64,000 nucleotides of DNA, taken from positions 248,001 through 312,000 of the forward strand of contig CAYXJN010000003.1 in NCBI GenBank assembly GCA_964464605.1, given 5' to 3'. The notes below the pieces were generated by a model. The model saw only the letters and a list, made by a program, of their open reading frames with translations. It was not told the origin of the DNA and ran no database searches. Origin of the DNA: an uncultured Ignavibacteriales bacterium. GTDB taxonomy: Bacteria > Zixibacteria > MSB-5A5 > GN15 > FEB-12. The stretch's first letter is position 1; the number at the start of each line of letters is the position of its first letter. Shown here piece after piece: positions 59,883-64,000 of the stretch. Made by a program: the position numbers and the translations under genes.

Positions 59883-60752
59883 TTATCGGGCATAACCCTG
59901 CATGTAGACGGCACTGGTAGCCAGTTCACGAAGACGGGCCACTCGCTTTTCCATCGGCGGGTGGGTGCTGAACAAATTGGTCAGGCCGCGACCCGAAAGC
60001 GGATTGGCGATCATGAGATGCGCCGTCGCCGGATTTTCATCCAGATTCATCCGCACCGGTGCGCGATGCAGCTTTTCAAGCGCGGTGGCCAGCGGCAGAT
60101 ATTTACCGGTGATACGGCCTGCTGCTTCATCCGCTTTGTATTCACGTTGACGGGAAATAGCCATTTGAATAACCATCGCAATAATCGGCGCTAAGATCGC
60201 CATTACGATAAGCCCAATCGGACTCCCACCCCGCTCATCCCGATTACCGCCGCCGAAAATTGCAGCAAACTGTGCCATATGAGCAAGCATGCCGATAGCA
60301 CCGGCTATCGTCGCTGCCATCGTGGCGATAAGCATATCACGATTGATAATATGACCGACTTCATGTCCGATGACCCCTTCGAGTTCATCATCGTTCAGAA
60401 GCTCTAAAATTCCTTCCGTGGCCGCAACCGCAGCATGTTCCGGATTTCGGCCGGTGGCAAATGCGTTCGGCGCCTTGGACGGAATGATGTACACTTTCGG
60501 CATCGGAATCATCGCCTTTTGCGCGACGCTTTTAGTTATCCGGTACAAACGGGGATGATCCGCTTCCTTGATCTCTTTCCCTTTGTACATGCTCAGGACA
60601 ATCTTGTCCGAGAACCAGTACGACACCAAATTCATGACCGCCGCTATGACAAAGGCAATAATCATTCCGGTCTCGCGGCCAATCAAATACCCGACTGCCA
60701 TAAACAACAGCATCAGGCCGACCATAAGAACGAATGTTTTTACCGAATTCAT
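59883..60752 (-). CDS. htpX: Zinc metalloprotease HtpX
   Basis: PNAFATGRNP, HEVGH, SRQREY.AD, LFSTHPP. Confidence 0.95.
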   Translation of the reverse strand: MNSVKTFVLMVGLMLLFMAVGYLIGRETGMIIAFVIAAVMNLVSYWFSDKIVLSMYKGKEIKEADHPRLYRITKSVAQKAMIPMPKVYIIPSKAPNAFATGRNPEHAAVAATEGILELLNDDELEGVIGHEVGHIINRDMLIATMAATIAGAIGMLAHMAQFAAIFGGGNRDERGGSPIGLIVMAILAPIIAMVIQMAISRQREYKADEAAGRITGKYLPLATALEKLHRAPVRMNLDENPATAHLMIANPLSGRGLTNLFSTHPPMEKRVARLRELATSAVYMQGYAR

Positions 60753-60861
60753 ACGCTACTCTTTATTTCCTTTCTGTTTACCGATTATACGAAAAAACCG
60801 GCTGTGCGTTGCCGCACTCATACAATCGTTTTTTCGCGGGTAAAGTTCCCGCACAGGTTCG

Positions 60862-62868
60862 CTACTTACCCTGAGGGCGGCGTTTGCCGCGTCCGAAAGA
60901 AAGCTCTCCGGTAACTACCGATTCCTCTTCTGTATTTCCACTCGATGTCGATTCCGAGGTTGATTCACTCTTTACAAAATCCTGGCGCCGTCTGCCGCGA
61001 CCGTACGAGACTTCTCCACCATCGGTAGTTTCTTGTTCCGGAACATTCGGCCGATTTGTTTCGGAAGCGCTTGATTCTGAACCACCTTCCCGTTCAACAT
61101 GTCTCGGGCGTGCAGAACGGCCATACGCGACCTGGGATGGTTCCTGTGCTTCCGGTTTATTTTCCTGTGGTGGCGTGTACCGACTTTCCGTTACTATTTC
61201 CGGCGTATGCTGAGCTACCGGTTCTTTTTCAGCAACCTCTGCGCCTGTTTCGGTAGTTTCACGTTCCTGCCGTTCACGCGGGAAACGACGGCGGTCATCA
61301 CGGTTTTGGAATCGATTTGGGCGTTCTCCACCTTGAAAACGGCCGCGTCCTTGATGACGTTCACCCCGTTCGTTACGTTCACCACGCTCTTCACGATTCT
61401 CGCGTCCTTCACGCGGTTCTCTATTTTCCCGTCCCTCGCGTGAACGGAAACGGTCAGGACGATCTCCTCTTTCTTTATCACGATCTCTGCCATGACGACG
61501 TTCTTGTCCGCCGGGTGCGCTGCTGCGCTGTTCGGTTGAGCGTTCATCACGATGACGGCGTTCTCTTTGCTCCGAACCCTGATGCTGGCCGCGACGACGG
61601 TCATCCGGTCTGAATCCGGACGGACGATGCTGCGGCGTATGACGCGCTGTCTTTAAATCAAATGATCCGGCAACGACGGCTGCGGCTACGGCTGAACTCA
61701 TTGTATTGATCGGCGCAGCCAAACGGCTCATCAGCCAATCACCGCTCCAGATTACACCCAAAAGGGCGAATGCTTCTGCCGGAAAATTCAGCGCATGAAA
61801 TAATCCACCCAACAACACTACCTGTGCCATCGGGAATCCAACCACACCAACCGGAATAAAAATGGCGGTAAGCGCGATAATCACATACTGCCAAATATCG
61901 AGTGAGATGCCTATTGCTTGTACAACAAACAACGTTAAAACAACAGTGAGAATCGTTGAGCCGTGTGTTCCTAAAAGCAAACCGAACGGAAGAGAAAGGC
62001 CGCTTGCACGGCTGTCATCACGCTGTTCAGAAACAGTATGAAACAGAATCGGAAATGCGGCAGTCGATGAACCGGAAGCAAACGCGGTTGCGAGCGCCGG
62101 TTTGATATTGATCAGATATTTCAGCGGTGATTCTCCGGTCAACAGCCATTGGATTGCGGGAAGCAAAATTAATCCGAACACCCCTAACGCAATCAACAGC
62201 GTCGGTAAAACAGCTGACACAGAATCTAGCATACTCGAAAAAGATGCGGCATTTTTGGCTACGGCCGAGCCAATGATACAGAAAAGACCGATCGGTAGAA
62301 TCAGATTGATAAAATGAACAATCCGCTTCTGCAGGCCCAAAAAAATCGACAGCATATCCACAAACGGACGCCCTTTGAAACCGGCATGGATCAGCACAAG
62401 GCCGATGGCAAAGCCGAAAAGGAGCAAACCGGCATAATAACCGCTACCGATAGAGCCCGGCAAATTGAGTGGAATGATTCCCTGCAAAATATCACCGAGG
62501 GAATGGGTGAGCGCTTCATCGAAATGCAACATCCCTGCCCCGCTGAACCAGGCGACACCTGTTCCCGGCTGTAAGATAGCGGCGAGTAACAGCGCTACCA
62601 CGACGGCAACTGCACCGGTACCGAAGAAATACCAAATCAGCCGTAAAAACGAGCGACCAGCCTTGGCCATGTCGCCAAAGGAGGATACACCGACTACTAT
62701 TGCCGTAAACAGTAACGGCGCTACCAACAACTGAAGCGCATGTTCAAACAGCGCTGCGGGGAATGAGGTATGAATCATTATTTGCGGAAAGAAAAGCCCG
62801 GCCACCCAGCCGAACAGCACACCAGCCGCTACCCCTAAAATTGATCGAATCTGTAATTGATCATTCAT
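60862..62868 (-). CDS. Dicarboxylate/amino acid:cation symporter (DAACS) with a long charged C-terminal tail
   Basis: About 400-aa multi-TM domain with the TAFASGSSTAAFP hairpin motif, followed by about 260 aa of R/E/G/S-rich low-complexity sequence. Confidence 0.78.
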   Translation of the reverse strand: MNDQLQIRSILGVAAGVLFGWVAGLFFPQIMIHTSFPAALFEHALQLLVAPLLFTAIVVGVSSFGDMAKAGRSFLRLIWYFFGTGAVAVVVALLLAAILQPGTGVAWFSGAGMLHFDEALTHSLGDILQGIIPLNLPGSIGSGYYAGLLLFGFAIGLVLIHAGFKGRPFVDMLSIFLGLQKRIVHFINLILPIGLFCIIGSAVAKNAASFSSMLDSVSAVLPTLLIALGVFGLILLPAIQWLLTGESPLKYLINIKPALATAFASGSSTAAFPILFHTVSEQRDDSRASGLSLPFGLLLGTHGSTILTVVLTLFVVQAIGISLDIWQYVIIALTAIFIPVGVVGFPMAQVVLLGGLFHALNFPAEAFALLGVIWSGDWLMSRLAAPINTMSSAVAAAVVAGSFDLKTARHTPQHRPSGFRPDDRRRGQHQGSEQRERRHRDERSTEQRSSAPGGQERRHGRDRDKERGDRPDRFRSREGRENREPREGRENREERGERNERGERHQGRGRFQGGERPNRFQNRDDRRRFPRERQERETTETGAEVAEKEPVAQHTPEIVTESRYTPPQENKPEAQEPSQVAYGRSARPRHVEREGGSESSASETNRPNVPEQETTDGGEVSYGRGRRRQDFVKSESTSESTSSGNTEEESVVTGELSFGRGKRRPQGK

Positions 62869-63129
62869 CTGATTGTTTAAAGACCTTTGTTCCTCTGTTT
62901 GAGCATCATTTGCTCTTGTTTCACCACGTACAGGTGTATATAAAAAATCCGGTCATAGCCCGCCTTCTTGACGGCCCGACCGGTTATAACGCAACCTGCT
63001 ACCGCGCTTGTATTTGCCATATCAGCAGGAGATAAAAATACGAGGAAACAAACCACGCCGCCAATGATTTTTCGAAATACCCCTAATTGATTAGTATACA
63101 GTCAGTTAGTAGAGCGAAACTGAGGTTGT

Positions 63130-63753
63130 TCAGCCTGCAAAAAGCCTGCGAACCAGCATGCTCACATCAGCAATCGTGATTTTCCCGTTATGGTTCATGT
63201 CGGCAGCACCCGGGTCGGCAAGTTGTGACCCACCGCGGAAAAGGTAGCTCGTCAGCTGCGTGAGATCGGCAATGTTCACCCGGTTGTCGGAATTGACGTC
63301 ACCAGAAACATGCCCGCGCAACATAATTTCACCCGGAAAGGTAAAATCCAGATTTTGGTCACACTCAGCAGTTACGGTGTAGTCATGCAGCGTACTGTCG
63401 TAGAATGGAAGGTACCATTCAATAAAATCAAAAATCGGATAGGTCAGTTGGTAGACCTCTCCGGTGAACCCTTCGTAGCCGGGGAGTTTTGTTACAGAAG
63501 TCGGAATGATGTTTCCGTTGATGCGGAATGTATTCGGCAGAATGGCGTTGATGTTTCCACTTTGAAGATCGCCGACGATGATCGTTCCTTCACCCAGCGG
63601 CTCAATAGATCCGGTGTAGTATGCATACAGAAGCGTCGGAGCAATTTCTGCACGGCCGGTAACATGTTCAGTCGCAAGCAGAGTAGTACATGACATAACG
63701 AGAATGCCGATTGCCACTACGAAATTACGGAGTCTATTAGTTACGAGGCTCAT
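63130..63753 (-). CDS. Secreted dockerin-domain protein
   Basis: Signal peptide, GDVNSDNRVNIADLTQL and ADMNHNGKITIADVSML. GGAG precedes ATG 63753. Confidence 0.8.
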   Translation of the reverse strand: MSLVTNRLRNFVVAIGILVMSCTTLLATEHVTGRAEIAPTLLYAYYTGSIEPLGEGTIIVGDLQSGNINAILPNTFRINGNIIPTSVTKLPGYEGFTGEVYQLTYPIFDFIEWYLPFYDSTLHDYTVTAECDQNLDFTFPGEIMLRGHVSGDVNSDNRVNIADLTQLTSYLFRGGSQLADPGAADMNHNGKITIADVSMLVRRLFAG

Positions 63754-64000
63754 GATTGTCTCCATCTGTTCAAACAACCGGCGCAAAATCAAAGACGCGG
63801 GCGTGAGGCAAACCGGTCATTGCGGCTTAGTAGTACACTTTGATACCCTAAAGATGCGCAACTATCCGAAACTGTCAAGGAGATTCTTCCTGACGCACCT
63901 CCGAGCTGTGTCAGCAAATCTTAACTCCATTAGCACTTCCCAACATCATTACAGTTTGACAAATCACCTGGTATTTTGTCTATTTCATATACTGTACTAT

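Overview
A gene-dense bacterial chromosomal window of roughly mid-range GC. It has no rRNA, CRISPR array, integrase, transposase or prophage. Three secreted proteins end in dockerin-like repeats (GDVNxxxxVTIADLxYLVxYLFxGG). Together with the outer-membrane beta-barrel fusions and the minor-pilin genes, this suggests a diderm FCB-group organism, most likely candidate phylum Zixibacteria (inference). Housekeeping content: two ECF sigma modules, murA, a LonC-type protease, livKHMGF, phoBR-pstSCAB-phoU, a glutathione peroxidase, SppA, HtrA, HtpX, RlmD, a TrmH-family methyltransferase, several transporters, tRNA-Glu(CUC) and tRNA-Lys(CUU). The most notable items are: (1) a 27-34 kb surface-protein locus encoding a four-C-type-lectin dockerin protein, a signal-peptide-bearing fibre-like protein with a self-cleaving S74 chaperone and a mosaic of short motifs, and a small dockerin partner; (2) an unannotated ~175 nt highly structured intergenic RNA candidate, 6S-like, with a matching promoter and terminator; (3) a small, very Arg/Ser-rich Myb-like HTH protein that may be nucleoid-associated; (4) a REP/REPIN cluster; (5) an amino-acid symporter with a long Arg/Glu-rich disordered tail; and (6) a recurring 25-bp double-IHF-like motif. 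All family assignments come from motif recognition by eye, not from database searches.
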